From a virus (lineage: Duplodnaviria; Caudoviricetes), in IMG/VR virus record IMGVR_UViG_3300020069_000003, positions 1-64,000 of that record: a stretch of 64,000 nt of DNA. One strand, 5' to 3'. A model generated the notes under the pieces. That model did no database searches, had not been told where the DNA came from, and saw nothing but the letters and a program-made list of their open reading frames with translations. How positions within the stretch are numbered: the first letter of the stretch is position 1; each line of letters begins with the position of its first letter. Of the stretch, positions 26,622 to 37,083 are shown one piece after another. The position numbers were made by a program, and so were the translations under genes.

Positions 26622-27874
26622 CGCAGTTCGGTGTAATCAACCTGGGGCGATTTCCGCTGGTGGAGTTCCCCACCCAGGCTGCCACCGACGCCAGCGCCGC
26701 GCCATCCTCCACCACCCCCACCGGCCGCACACTGAAGATTCAGGGGCAGGAGTCGGTCCCCTCAGCGACTGAGATCGCTACCACGTCCGCGATGCTGGAG
26801 GCCTGGCGAGCGGACATGGGGGGTCTGGTCGGCAGCTTCGTACCGGTTACGTTCACCGACAAAACGGGCCTGAACGGGTACTACACCGTGACCGACTCGA
26901 CGGCGGATCTGCAGAACTGGGAGGGGGAGCAGCAGACCCTGACCTGGGCGATCGATCTGATGCGGGTGGGCACTGACTTCGAGGTCGATGTCGAGTCTCG
27001 GCTGACCGGTACCACCCGCAACAACTCGTTCGGCCTGTCCGGCGTACGGTGGCATTCCCCGAGCATCGGACACTACTCCTACTTCAGCGCCCAAGGGAAC
27101 ACCCCGAGCGTGGTAAACCGGGTCGGGTCCGACGGTACCCACGTGGTTTATGTCGGGCTGCCCGCGTCCCTCACCACCATCCCCCGCTGGGGATGCTCGG
27201 TGTCCAACTACATGAACGGCCGAGTGAACTTCGTAGACCAGAACGGTGTCGAGCGGTCCGGTATCCTGTTCACCCCGTCCAACCCGACGAGCTGGACGTT
27301 GGCCAACGGCCTGCTGAAGGTCACTCCGGTACCGTCCGGCGCAGGTGTTCTGCGCCTACAGACCTACAACAACCCGGCGGGGTACGCTGCTGTCAAGACG
27401 TGGGACCTGCTGTTCAACGGGGCTAGTCTGGGGCAGCCCCAGGGCGTGTCGCTGCTGCGGAACGAACCCGAGATCATCGTGCTGCGCATGGTGTTCACCT
27501 ACCAGTCGGTGACCCGGGTCACCTGCGACTTGACCCTGAGGCGCGGTGCCCGGCACGTCGAGGTGTTTCTGCAGTCGCAGTCGTCCGGTCAGTTCAAGAT
27601 CGTGCGCACGACGCCGGAGGTGGGATCGTCAGCCACCGGGTACATCTTCGCCACCTCGGCGGACGCAGCAGGGGACAAGTATGTGGTAGGGTCGGCCCTG
27701 TCCTTCACTTCGGACCTGGTGAACGGGGGTATCTCCTCGTCCGCGTCTGTCGTGTACATGGACGCGATGGTGGGGGCCCAGGTGTCCACCTCGGCCGCTG
27801 GTGACCTGGCGGCCGATTTGTACAATCAGTACCTGGCCACCCCGTCCGAACTGGTGCAGGGGGTACGCCGATGA
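26618..27874 (+). CDS. minor tail protein (distal tail-like)
   Basis: Directly after the tape measure gene, ATGA-coupled. Confidence 0.75.
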   Translation: MTQFGVINLGRFPLVEFPTQAATDASAAPSSTTPTGRTLKIQGQESVPSATEIATTSAMLEAWRADMGGLVGSFVPVTFTDKTGLNGYYTVTDSTADLQNWEGEQQTLTWAIDLMRVGTDFEVDVESRLTGTTRNNSFGLSGVRWHSPSIGHYSYFSAQGNTPSVVNRVGSDGTHVVYVGLPASLTTIPRWGCSVSNYMNGRVNFVDQNGVERSGILFTPSNPTSWTLANGLLKVTPVPSGAGVLRLQTYNNPAGYAAVKTWDLLFNGASLGQPQGVSLLRNEPEIIVLRMVFTYQSVTRVTCDLTLRRGARHVEVFLQSQSSGQFKIVRTTPEVGSSATGYIFATSADAAGDKYVVGSALSFTSDLVNGGISSSASVVYMDAMVGAQVSTSAAGDLAADLYNQYLATPSELVQGVRR

Positions 27875-27889
27875 GGGGGGTGGTGTAGG

Positions 27890-30781
27890 GTGTCAGTTAC
27901 TGAGGCGATCATGTCGCCGGGGTCTTGGTCGATCACGCTGTCGGCCAACACTCCGCGCTCGATCATCGACGCACTGCAATATTTTCAGTGCGTGGTGATC
28001 TCCACCGGGCGCCACAACCCGACGATCGAGGGCAACGGCCAGTTCAATTCGGGCCGGTACGCAGGGGTGATCACCGGTCTGGATTTCCAGTCGCTGTCTC
28101 AGGGACGCGGGCCCGTAATCTCGGGCGACGGGATGGCCACCTGGCTGGGTAACGCCTCCAAGGTCGGACCGGTGATCGAGGGCAACAACACCCCCGGCGG
28201 GTCCGGCAACGGGTCACAGTTCACCAGTGCGTCCTACGCCACAGTGGTCAACACGCTGCGGCCTTCGTCCGTCGGTGCAGGCACGATCTATTCGATGCCG
28301 ACTTCGGCCACGTATACCGGCGGGTTCGTATGGAAGCTGCCGTCTGAAGCACTGACCTCGTTTGCCCAGCAGGTGACCCAGGGTCCGCTCCCTACCCAGA
28401 TCGCTGAGTGGCGGGTCAACAACAACTGCACGCTGGACTTCGGCCCGGTAGCTTCTCTGTACCGCACCACCCCCACCGTCGCGATCGTGTCCAAGAACAC
28501 CGGTCTCGATATGTCCGTGCGCGGTTTGTCCGGCGTGGCCGAGCTGATCGAGGATGTAAAGGACTACACCACGCGGGTGGTGGTGCTGGCGTCGGGCCAG
28601 GGTACCTCGACCGCGCTGGGCGCGGCCAACATTTCCGACGTCGGAGGGTCAAACCCTTACACCGACTTCTTCGGACATCCCGTGACTCTTACACGGATGG
28701 TGTCGGCGTCGTCGGTGTCCTCTCTCAACGCCACCCAGTCGGCGCAGGCTGCTCTGCTGCCCTACACCACCCCCGCCGACCAGGTACGCCTGTCCAGCGA
28801 CGAGTACGACATCAAGGGCGACCTGCAAGTAGGGGACTACGTCTGGCTGTACGACCCTGACGCCGGTTTTGTCGACACCAACAACGAGATCGTGTTCCGG
28901 GGCCAGCGGATCAACCCGACCAAGCAGCGGGTGATTCAGGCGGACTGGCCGGTCACGTCAGACATGACTGTGTCGTACCGGGACCAGTCGGGCAACTGGT
29001 ACGACCTTACCGACTACGTGATGTTCGAGGACGGGAACACCACCAACCTGACGGTAGGCGGGTTCAACAGGAACCTGATATCGACTTCGGAGCCAGTCGG
29101 TACCCGGCCCCAGCCGGACAACACCACCCCCGGCGTTCCGGTGTTCGGTGCGTTCTCCTCCACCACGTACCAGGGCACGTCAGACGGGCGCACCAAATCT
29201 CAGATACAGGTGCAGTGGTCCACCCCGACCAACACCGACGGCACCACCCTGATCGACCTGGCCCACTATGAGGTCAGGTACCGGCCGGATCTGGGTTTCT
29301 ACACCACCAACCCCACTTACTCTGCCCTGAATCTGGCCGGATACACCTACGCCACTCTGAACGCGATAGGTGGGACCTACGCCAACCTGATACCGACCAC
29401 GGTGTCCGACTGGAAGGTGACGTTTGTTGCTGGCGGTGTGAACCAGCTGCTGATCCAGGAGCTTACTCCGAACGTCCTGTACGACTTCCAGATCCGGGCG
29501 GTGGACACAGCCAACCCCCCGAACTACGGCGCCTGGTCGGCTACGTCCACCTACCAGGCACAGTCGGACACGATCGCACCTCCGACCCCGGATACGCCCA
29601 CAGTCGCCACCAACATGGCGTCAGTACAGGTCACCTGGGACTGCGGCTCGGCCAGCGGCGGTACCTTCAACCAGGCGGTCGACCTGCACCACATCGAGGT
29701 ACACGGATCATACGACCCGCTGTTCCTGCCGACGAACGCGACGAAGCTGGGCAACCTGCCCGCCAACATCGGCAACATCACCGGCCAGATACCGGTGGTC
29801 GGGTCGTTCACGATCCCGCCGAACCTGCCACCGGCGAATGCGATGTACGTCAAGATCATCGCGGTGGACGAGGCGGGAAACAAATCCAACCCCAGCGCCT
29901 CGGCCGGGTCGACCGCCACGCTGTGGTCGAACGCCTACATCACCGACCTGTCGGTGTCGAAGCTGACGGCGGGCACCGTCACCGCCTCGATCATCATGGG
30001 CGGTGTGATCGAGACCGCCGCCGCTGGTCAGCGGGTGGCGATGGATTCGACCGGAGTCCACGCCTACGACTCGTTCGGAAACATCACCTTCGACCTGAAC
30101 AGCAACTCGTCGGTGCTGACCCTGTCGTCGTCCTCCGGCGGCGAGAAGATCACGATCGACGCCTCAGCCATATACCCCATCATGAGGTTCTACGACACGG
30201 CCGGGTCGAACAACGCGTTCATCAACGCGTTCAATCTGGACAGCAACACAGCCGGTATCGGTGTCAACTCCGGTACGTACGTGGTCGGTGGGTCCACCTA
30301 CTTCAACCGCCTGATCATGGCGGGTCCGACCGGCGCTGCTCTGCAGGTGTTGGACACCACCCAGACTGCTCTGGGCGGATTCGTCCAAGTCACCAGCAAC
30401 TACGCCGCGCTGGGCATCTCCGGGGGTTCCGGGTCCAACAACGGGTCGTTGACCCTGACGTACGTAACCGGAAACACCGATACCAACTGGATCTTGAACG
30501 GATACCACAACGACAACAGCCTGACGGCTCCGGGCGCTACAGAGGCGGTCGTCGCAGGCCAGATCCGCAACATATTGGCCGGTACCACCTCGTTGACTTG
30601 GACGTACGGGCCCACCATGGTCAGCCACATGACCCCAACAGGCAACATATTCTGCTCCACCACCTCCGCTACTCCCGCGTCCATGTTCACCAACGTGGCC
30701 ACCACCGGTTTCACGTTCCAGGCAGCCGGTGCGCTGGGCGGCGGCTGGGACATATGCTTCTGGGCCCACAGGAACAGGTAA
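27890..30781 (+). CDS. tail tip/central fibre with FN3-like domains
   Basis: QVQWSTP...HYEVRYR, YDFQIRAVD, QVTWD...YVKIIAVDEAGNKS; TDLSVSKLTAGTV. Confidence 0.8.
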   Translation: MSVTEAIMSPGSWSITLSANTPRSIIDALQYFQCVVISTGRHNPTIEGNGQFNSGRYAGVITGLDFQSLSQGRGPVISGDGMATWLGNASKVGPVIEGNNTPGGSGNGSQFTSASYATVVNTLRPSSVGAGTIYSMPTSATYTGGFVWKLPSEALTSFAQQVTQGPLPTQIAEWRVNNNCTLDFGPVASLYRTTPTVAIVSKNTGLDMSVRGLSGVAELIEDVKDYTTRVVVLASGQGTSTALGAANISDVGGSNPYTDFFGHPVTLTRMVSASSVSSLNATQSAQAALLPYTTPADQVRLSSDEYDIKGDLQVGDYVWLYDPDAGFVDTNNEIVFRGQRINPTKQRVIQADWPVTSDMTVSYRDQSGNWYDLTDYVMFEDGNTTNLTVGGFNRNLISTSEPVGTRPQPDNTTPGVPVFGAFSSTTYQGTSDGRTKSQIQVQWSTPTNTDGTTLIDLAHYEVRYRPDLGFYTTNPTYSALNLAGYTYATLNAIGGTYANLIPTTVSDWKVTFVAGGVNQLLIQELTPNVLYDFQIRAVDTANPPNYGAWSATSTYQAQSDTIAPPTPDTPTVATNMASVQVTWDCGSASGGTFNQAVDLHHIEVHGSYDPLFLPTNATKLGNLPANIGNITGQIPVVGSFTIPPNLPPANAMYVKIIAVDEAGNKSNPSASAGSTATLWSNAYITDLSVSKLTAGTVTASIIMGGVIETAAAGQRVAMDSTGVHAYDSFGNITFDLNSNSSVLTLSSSSGGEKITIDASAIYPIMRFYDTAGSNNAFINAFNLDSNTAGIGVNSGTYVVGGSTYFNRLIMAGPTGAALQVLDTTQTALGGFVQVTSNYAALGISGGSGSNNGSLTLTYVTGNTDTNWILNGYHNDNSLTAPGATEAVVAGQIRNILAGTTSLTWTYGPTMVSHMTPTGNIFCSTTSATPASMFTNVATTGFTFQAAGALGGGWDICFWAHRNR

Positions 30782-30785
30782 CTCA

Positions 30786-31235
30786 ATGGACAAGATCACG
30801 CACACGATCACGGGGGTACGGGACGTCCGTGCCCCCGGATCTCCCGAACCGGTGTGGATGATCGACATGGCGTCGGACGACGGTACCGCACGAGCGGCCG
30901 GGTTCCCGCACAGCACGCTGGCCTGGCGGGCAGCTGAGTACGGTATCGACCCATCAGATTTCGACACGCTGCTGGACGTGGTGCTCCACGAGCCGCATAT
31001 GCAGCACACGGTGCACGATCCCACCTTCCTGTACAATACCGACCAGGACACCGCACGCGCGGCCCACCTGGAGCGAGTGAAGCAAGTGCGGCGGGGGGTG
31101 GTGCATCTGGACCCGGACGGGCACCTGAACCGGATTCAGGAGGCGTACGACCCCCAAGACCCGGCCGTCCATACGTTCCGGCGCCGGGTGGAGTCCATCC
31201 GACAGACCATGGCCGAGGAGGCTAGCGGTGGCTGA
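30786..31235 (+). CDS. tail-associated hypothetical protein
   Basis: AGG SD, 149 aa. Confidence 0.7.
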   Translation: MDKITHTITGVRDVRAPGSPEPVWMIDMASDDGTARAAGFPHSTLAWRAAEYGIDPSDFDTLLDVVLHEPHMQHTVHDPTFLYNTDQDTARAAHLERVKQVRRGVVHLDPDGHLNRIQEAYDPQDPAVHTFRRRVESIRQTMAEEASGG

Positions 31236-32238
31236 CACAAACACACCAAACATCCTGCTGCTGCTGCCGGACACGGGCGATACATTCAACTTCCCACTGC
31301 ATGTTGAGAACAACTTCAGCGTGATCGACGGCCTGATGGGCGCTGTCGACTGCACGTCCACCACCCGCCCCAGCAACACCTACAAGGGCCAGGTCATCTT
31401 CGAGCACGACTCGGGCCGGTACGTGCAGAACACCGGTTCGAAGGCGTCCCCGGTGTGGACCTACATGTCCCACGCGGCGGAGTCGGTGACCAACAGCACC
31501 CACCCTACCTCCGGACTGACCTCCGGCCTGATGATCTACGAGACCGACACCAAGTATCTGCAGGTGTGGAACGGGTCGGCGTGGGAGCAGAAGGCCTTCT
31601 CCAACCTGACCTGCACCTCGTCCGCCCACCCGTCGGTTCCGTTCACCGGTCTGGAGATCTACGAGACCGACACCGGGATGTCGGCGGTGTACAACGGGAG
31701 CACCTACTCCTACAGCTCCCAGCAGGCGGCGGCCACCCAGGTGCTCGGCGGCACCACCGCATCGATCACCTTCTCCAGCGTCTCGTCCAAGTACACCAAC
31801 GTCACGGTCTATTGGTCGGCTCGAGACACCAACGCGGCGCTGTCGGACAGCCTGCTTCTGCGTTTCAACGGAGACACCGGAAACAACTACGGCTATCAGT
31901 ACGTAGAGGGTCAGGGCACCACCGCGCAGGCTGCATCCGGGGCGATGTCCGCTACCAGCTCCATCACGATCGGTAAGATCACCGGTGCCTCCGCTACCGC
32001 CTCCTACTACAGCGGTGGCCGGTTCGACGTACTCGGGTGGAACAAGTCCGCTTCCGGGCGAAACGCGGTGGCGGTGGGTGTAGGATACGTGACGGGGTCC
32101 AACACCACCACCGGCCAGCTTACCGGGTCGTACGGTGGCGGCTACGTTCCGGCGGCCCAGCTGTCCAGCCTGACGCTGCTGCCCAGCGCCGGGTCGTTCG
32201 CGGCGGGGTCCCAGTTCTCCCTGTACGCCGAGATGTGA
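31228..32238 (+). CDS. minor tail/fibre protein
   Basis: Repeated GxxIYETDT..Y.G motifs; T/S/G-rich. Confidence 0.75.
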   Translation: MADTNTPNILLLLPDTGDTFNFPLHVENNFSVIDGLMGAVDCTSTTRPSNTYKGQVIFEHDSGRYVQNTGSKASPVWTYMSHAAESVTNSTHPTSGLTSGLMIYETDTKYLQVWNGSAWEQKAFSNLTCTSSAHPSVPFTGLEIYETDTGMSAVYNGSTYSYSSQQAAATQVLGGTTASITFSSVSSKYTNVTVYWSARDTNAALSDSLLLRFNGDTGNNYGYQYVEGQGTTAQAASGAMSATSSITIGKITGASATASYYSGGRFDVLGWNKSASGRNAVAVGVGYVTGSNTTTGQLTGSYGGGYVPAAQLSSLTLLPSAGSFAAGSQFSLYAEM

Positions 32239-32246
32239 GGTAGCGC

Positions 32247-32480
32247 ATGGTACGCAACGAAGACGACCGTCCGGTACACCTGGACGTCAACCTGGACACC
32301 GGGGCGGTCACCCACACCCCGGTCACAGACGCCGAATGGCTCGAGATCGAGGCCCGGGGTGCTGCAGCGGTGGCGGAGGAGATGGCGCGCCATCGGCAGG
32401 ACGAGCAGCTGCGACAGGCCGTGGCCGACCACCCGGACCCGGTCGTGCAGGCGCTGGCCAAGAGGGCGGGGGTGGTGTAG
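32247..32480 (+). CDS. small tail-fibre chaperone-like protein
   Basis: GAGGT SD; NLDTGAV..TDAE motif. Confidence 0.6.
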   Translation: MVRNEDDRPVHLDVNLDTGAVTHTPVTDAEWLEIEARGAAAVAEEMARHRQDEQLRQAVADHPDPVVQALAKRAGVV

Positions 32481-32665
32481 TGGCCGACTCCGACAACACC
32501 GAGCAGATCCCGAATCACCTGGTGATCGCGGAGCTGGAGCGGCAGCTGCACACGAAAACCTCGGAGCTGGTGCTGGCGAACGCCCGCGTCCGGGCCCGGG
32601 ACGAGAAGATCGCCGCTCTGCAGGAGTCGGTGCGCGACCTGGAGGAGAAGCTAACCCAGGTCTGA
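32480..32665 (+). CDS. small coiled-coil protein
   Basis: TAGTG coupling; heptad pattern. Confidence 0.6.
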   Translation: MADSDNTEQIPNHLVIAELERQLHTKTSELVLANARVRARDEKIAALQESVRDLEEKLTQV

Positions 32666-32670
32666 TGCAC

Positions 32671-32727
32671 ACACCACCCCCGCCGGGGATCACTCGGCTG
32701 CCCAGAGCCGACCGGCGGGGGTGGTGT
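32671..32727. terminator. 16-bp inverted repeat built from the polar motif, between convergent operons
   Basis: ACACCACCCCCGCCGG ... CCGGCGGGGGTGGTGT. Confidence 0.6.
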
Positions 32728-32741
32728 ACGGGGGTTCGGGG

Positions 32742-33095
32742 TCAGAGTCCGAGCTTGGCGACCACCTCCTCGGGGGTGGTGCTGGCGTTGCTGTGGTCAC
32801 AGACGAACAGCCCGTCCCACGACCGGCGGTTCCAGGTGCCGTCCGGGAACACCTTGTACTCGGTGCCGTCCGGGCACACCACCCGGTGGTACTCGCTGCC
32901 GGGCACCGGCGGGTGGTTCTCGGCGACCTTTCGCAGCACCTCGTTGTCGGGGCCACCGTTTCCCACCCCCAAGAAAGACACCTCGGAGACGAACGACCCG
33001 TCCCAGCAGCGTCGCACCCACGAACCGTCGGCGTACACCTCGTACTGGGTGCCGTCGGGGGCGACGATCTCGCGGGTGATGGTGTTCTCGGACAT
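32742..33095 (-). CDS. protein with internal duplication
   Basis: Two copies of PDGT.Y.V..DG.W.RR.WDG.FV. Confidence 0.75.
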   Translation of the reverse strand: MSENTITREIVAPDGTQYEVYADGSWVRRCWDGSFVSEVSFLGVGNGGPDNEVLRKVAENHPPVPGSEYHRVVCPDGTEYKVFPDGTWNRRSWDGLFVCDHSNASTTPEEVVAKLGL

Positions 33096-33144
33096 CTTGT
33101 CCTCCTGTCACGGCGGGCTGTACAGGGGACAGCCTAGCACGACC

Positions 33145-33159
33145 GTGACAGGAGGACAA
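33145..33159. promoter_or_regulatory. degenerate operator GTGAC-AGGAG-GACAA
   Basis: Intergenic. Confidence 0.4.
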
Positions 33160-33161
33160 TA

Positions 33162-33479
33162 TTAGTCCTCCAGCGACGCCAGCAGGGCCTCGTACTTGGC
33201 CTCGGCGTCCTGCCGGGCCCGGCGCTCCTGCTCCAGCGCCACCTCGAACATGGCGTTCTCGTGGACCATCATCGCGATCAGGCGGGCGTTCTTGTTCTGC
33301 ACCGCCTGCGCGAGCAGCTGCGGGTCGATCTGGATCTCGTCCCGGTCGACCGTCACGGCCCCGTTGGCGGACGCGCCCTCGCCCGGACCGGGGTCGGTGC
33401 CGTTGACGGCCTCGGCCACGGCCTGCGCGGCCAGCTCCTCAGCAGTCGGCTTGTGGTGGGCGCTCACGGGCTTGCTCAT
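33162..33479 (-). CDS. hypothetical coiled-coil protein
   Basis: ATG at 33479 overlapping the GT stop. Confidence 0.65.
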   Translation of the reverse strand: MSKPVSAHHKPTAEELAAQAVAEAVNGTDPGPGEGASANGAVTVDRDEIQIDPQLLAQAVQNKNARLIAMMVHENAMFEVALEQERRARQDAEAKYEALLASLED

Positions 33480-34336
33480 GTCAGGTCCTTCGCGATCTTG
33501 CGGTAGCGGTCCAGGATGTTGGTTGCCCGCACGGCCCGGCCCTGCGGGTAGAACGTGTAGTGCGAGACCAGGGCGTCCCCCACGATCACGTTGTCTTTGC
33601 CGATCAGCGGCGGCCGGTGCACCGTGATCCAGTGCTCCTCCTCCGGGTAGTCCAGCACCCCCGGTTCTGGCAGATCGCAGAAGTCCTGCCCGTCGATCAC
33701 GTGGCACGACACGCTGAACTGCTGCTTCGGTGCCAGCGGGAAGTTCTGGTAGAAGAACGCCTTCTCGGGCTCGCCGTCGTCCAGCCACCCCAGCAGCAGG
33801 TTGTGGATCTTGACGGCAAAACCGCCGTCTCCCCACCCGACCGGGTCCATGCAGAACGGGGACTGCACCACCCCGTACTCCAGCGGGATCTTGTCCAGCT
33901 TCTGGGCGTACCAGGAGGTGATGGCGTTGTTCCACATCAGCGCGAAGCAGGCCAGGGTGCCGGGCAGGTTGACCTTGGCGTTGCACAGATTCGACACCGC
34001 GTCCTCGTGCACGTACACGATGTCGTCGTCGAACCGGAAGAACAGCGCGTCCGGGTCGGCCATGTACCGGTAGGCGTAGCCGGTGTTGCGCTGCTTGGGC
34101 TGCAGCCGGGGCAGGTGGACCGGCCGCTCGATCAGGCGGACCCAGTCCTTGTGGCGCCGCGCCAGCCGGTAGGCATAGGCCAGGTCCGACCCTTGGCTGT
34201 CGTCGGTGTTTAGGTACAGCCAGTACTCGTCGACCAGCCCGCGCTCGTGTTCCCGCCGCAGGTAGTCGAACAGGATGCTGACGGTGGATTCACGCCCGTA
34301 GGGCGTCCACGCAACCACTTTCTTACCCGCGATCAC
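33476..34336 (-). CDS. GT-A fold glycosyltransferase
   Basis: FFRFDDDIVYV DxD motif; N-terminal TPYGR. Confidence 0.7.
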   Translation of the reverse strand: MIAGKKVVAWTPYGRESTVSILFDYLRREHERGLVDEYWLYLNTDDSQGSDLAYAYRLARRHKDWVRLIERPVHLPRLQPKQRNTGYAYRYMADPDALFFRFDDDIVYVHEDAVSNLCNAKVNLPGTLACFALMWNNAITSWYAQKLDKIPLEYGVVQSPFCMDPVGWGDGGFAVKIHNLLLGWLDDGEPEKAFFYQNFPLAPKQQFSVSCHVIDGQDFCDLPEPGVLDYPEEEHWITVHRPPLIGKDNVIVGDALVSHYTFYPQGRAVRATNILDRYRKIAKDLT

Positions 34337-35364
34337 TTGCGGCCTCCGAACAGCAGCGGCTCCCAGTAGGTGGCGGCGAGCCTCTCGACGGTGAACTTCT
34401 GGGCGACCTCGCGCGCGGCCCGGCCCATGGACTCGCGCAGTTCGGGGTTGTTGATCAGCTCCCGGACCGGGGTTTCCCAGTCGCCGCCGGGCGGAATCAG
34501 GAAGCCGGTCTCACCTTCAACCACGAACTGGCGGTAGGGGGTGGTGTCGGAGGCGACGATCGGGATGCCGAGAAACGCGGCCTCCAGCGCCTTGGTGGCT
34601 ACCTTCGCCTCGTTGTACTCGGTCCGGCGGTACGGCGCCAGCCAGATGTCGAAGTCGATGGTATCCAGGTACTTGTCGGTACCCGGCACCCAGCCGGTGA
34701 TCCGGGTGCCGGGCTGGGCGATACCGAGCTTCCGGGCGTGGTCGTACGGTACGCCGACGGTGTGCGCCCGGCCTCCCCAGTCGCCGACCGATGCCAGCAC
34801 CCGTCTGACGTCTCCGGACAGCTCCCACTGGGTGAAGGCGGACCCGGCCCAGCCCACTACCGGCCGGTGTATCGCCGCACCGACCCCGAGCTTATCCAGG
34901 CGTTCCCACGGCGCCTCGTACGCCAGGTACCGCTCAGGCAGGCCGTTCGGCACCATCACCACGTTGTTGCAGTAGATGTCGAAGATCTCGGCCAACCGCC
35001 AAGAGGCGCAGGTGGTGAAGGTGGCCGACGCGGCGTTGGCCAGCAGCCGCGCCTGCACCTGGGACTTGCTGTACTCGGTCGCCGCCGGTCCGAACTCCGG
35101 GTGCTGGTACATGTGGAAGTAGTCGTCGTCCGCGTCGAACACGGTGGTCTTCGAGTGCTCGAAGTTCCACCGGGCCCAGGAGGTGGTGGGTCCGGGCAGC
35201 GACAGCCGCTGGACCATGACCGCGTCTGCGTCCAGGTACTCGCCCTGGAACTCGATCCCCTGTCCGATGTCGTGGCCCCGGGCGCGCAGGGCCTCGGCGA
35301 CGATGACGGTGCGGTACCAGCCGCACCCGCCCTCGTCGGCCGACCACAGCCACGCCTTACCCAC
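34333..35364 (-). CDS. GT-B (GT4-like) glycosyltransferase
   Basis: GCGWYR, VFDADDDYF, MVPNGLP, KALEAAFLGIPIVASD...Y...G motifs. Confidence 0.85.
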   Translation of the reverse strand: MGKAWLWSADEGGCGWYRTVIVAEALRARGHDIGQGIEFQGEYLDADAVMVQRLSLPGPTTSWARWNFEHSKTTVFDADDDYFHMYQHPEFGPAATEYSKSQVQARLLANAASATFTTCASWRLAEIFDIYCNNVVMVPNGLPERYLAYEAPWERLDKLGVGAAIHRPVVGWAGSAFTQWELSGDVRRVLASVGDWGGRAHTVGVPYDHARKLGIAQPGTRITGWVPGTDKYLDTIDFDIWLAPYRRTEYNEAKVATKALEAAFLGIPIVASDTTPYRQFVVEGETGFLIPPGGDWETPVRELINNPELRESMGRAAREVAQKFTVERLAATYWEPLLFGGRK

Positions 35365-36340
35365 GGCGGTCGGACTGGTTCGCCGCCAGCCATGCCCGGT
35401 GGCCCGGCAGCCAGTGCTCGGCGTACCAGGCGACGGTACGCGACAGTCCGGAGTCCAGGGCCTCCAGTTCGGCCGGGTCCATGCCGATCTGCCGCATGGT
35501 CTCGTTCTTCGCGACGACGCGGGCGCCGGGGGTCTCACCCGGCCGCATCGGCACGTGCTGCAGGTTCGGCTGCGGAACACCGGTCGCCAGCGCCATCCCG
35601 CGCACCAGGTTCGCGACGTCGTTCACGGTGCGGTGCTCGGTCGGGCCGACCTCGACGATCTCCGGCAGCTCCAGGTGGTTCTCGGCGGTCCACTCCAGCG
35701 TGGACACCAGTGCCTTGGCCACGTCGCCGACGTAGACACAGTCCGAGATCTGCTCGCCGTCGCCGTAGACCTCGATCGGGGCGCCGGTGAGCGCACGGGC
35801 GATGAACGCCGGGACGATCTTGCGGACCTTGCCGGGGCCGTAGGGCCGGGCCATCAGCTGGCGCGGTCCGTAGGCGTTCACCACCCGCACCTGGTTGATC
35901 TTGGTTCCTCGATCACGGGCGTACATGTGGCCGAGGGACTCAACGCAGGTCTTGGAGGCGGAGTACGGGTTGGACATCCCGGCGTTCCCGACGCAGATGT
36001 TGACCATCGGGATGTTGTACTGGGTGGCCGCCTCCATCACGTTCATGCCGGAGATGACGTTGGTCATGACGGCTGGGCGCGGGTTGGCCACGGTCTCCTG
36101 CGTGCCGAGAACCGAGGCCAGGTGGATGATCCCGTCGACGTGGGCGGCCAGCTCGGTCACGGCGACCTCGTCCCGGCAGTCCCCCAGCATCACCGGCCAG
36201 TAGGCCAGCTGGTTGTCCGCCACGGTGTGCCGCCGGTCGCGGCGGTGGTCGAAGATCACCGGAGTGTGTCCGCGCCGGTGCAGCTCGTCCACCACGTGCC
36301 CGCCGATGAATCCGGCTCCGCCGGTCACCGCTATCTTCAC
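35357..36340 (-). CDS. NAD-dependent epimerase/dehydratase (extended SDR)
   Basis: TGGAGFIG, YSASK, NAYGPRQ, GDGEQISD. Confidence 0.92.
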   Translation of the reverse strand: MKIAVTGGAGFIGGHVVDELHRRGHTPVIFDHRRDRRHTVADNQLAYWPVMLGDCRDEVAVTELAAHVDGIIHLASVLGTQETVANPRPAVMTNVISGMNVMEAATQYNIPMVNICVGNAGMSNPYSASKTCVESLGHMYARDRGTKINQVRVVNAYGPRQLMARPYGPGKVRKIVPAFIARALTGAPIEVYGDGEQISDCVYVGDVAKALVSTLEWTAENHLELPEIVEVGPTEHRTVNDVANLVRGMALATGVPQPNLQHVPMRPGETPGARVVAKNETMRQIGMDPAELEALDSGLSRTVAWYAEHWLPGHRAWLAANQSDRRG

Positions 36341-36414
36341 TCTGTGCTCCTGTCGGGGGACGCCGATTCTGTCGCGTCGATTAGATCATGGCTCGGTAAT
36401 GGTACGATACTATC

Positions 36415-36690
36415 ATGGTTGACTTGGTGTTCGAGGACCCCCCGGAGTACTGGCCCGATGCCGACAGCGTGAGAAAGAACGCCGGTCGGGAACAGATCGT
36501 GGCGGAGCTTGTCCATCACCCTGGCCGGTGGGTGGTCGTCTCCCGCCACGTGTCCCGGCCCCGCGCCTCCCAGGTTGCCCGTAATCTACGGAGGCAGAAT
36601 CCGCCCCCGTACGAATTCCGGGCCTCTGCCAACCGTGCGGGGGAGGGGGTGGTGTATGGCCGATACTCGGCTCCTGATGCTAACATTTGA
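36415..36690 (+). CDS. hypothetical protein
   Basis: 91 aa, divergent from the glycosylation operon. Confidence 0.55.
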   Translation: MVDLVFEDPPEYWPDADSVRKNAGREQIVAELVHHPGRWVVVSRHVSRPRASQVARNLRRQNPPPYEFRASANRAGEGVVYGRYSAPDANI

Positions 36691-36756
36691 GTCAACGTAG
36701 CTGACTAAGGAGCCTTGAGTGTCCCTACTCAGTATGATGCTGGGGGTTCGGATCAG

Positions 36757-37083
36757 ATGACGACGTCCGTTGTCTTCCAGCAAGCCGGGCCCTGGGGTAT
36801 CGTGGCTCTTGTGGTGGGAGCGGTGGTGTTCGGGTACCTGGTGCCCAGACCCCTGCTGAAGGAGACCCGCCGGATCGCAGATATTTGGAAAGAGGCCTAC
36901 GAGCACGAACGGGAAGGCCGGGTTAAGGCAGAGGAGCAGCGTGACACACTACTGGTCGGGTATGCCAAGACCGCGAATCAGGTTATCAGCGCCCTTCCTG
37001 CCCCGAGCCACGGTTCCCCGCCAGCTGTTACAGGCCAACACTCCGACCCCAAGGGCGAGTCTGATGCGACTGTGGCAGTCTAG
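36757..37083 (+). CDS. holin-like membrane protein
   Basis: N-terminal TM helix GIVALVVGAVVFGYL plus charged coiled coil. Confidence 0.6.
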   Translation: MTTSVVFQQAGPWGIVALVVGAVVFGYLVPRPLLKETRRIADIWKEAYEHEREGRVKAEEQRDTLLVGYAKTANQVISALPAPSHGSPPAVTGQHSDPKGESDATVAV

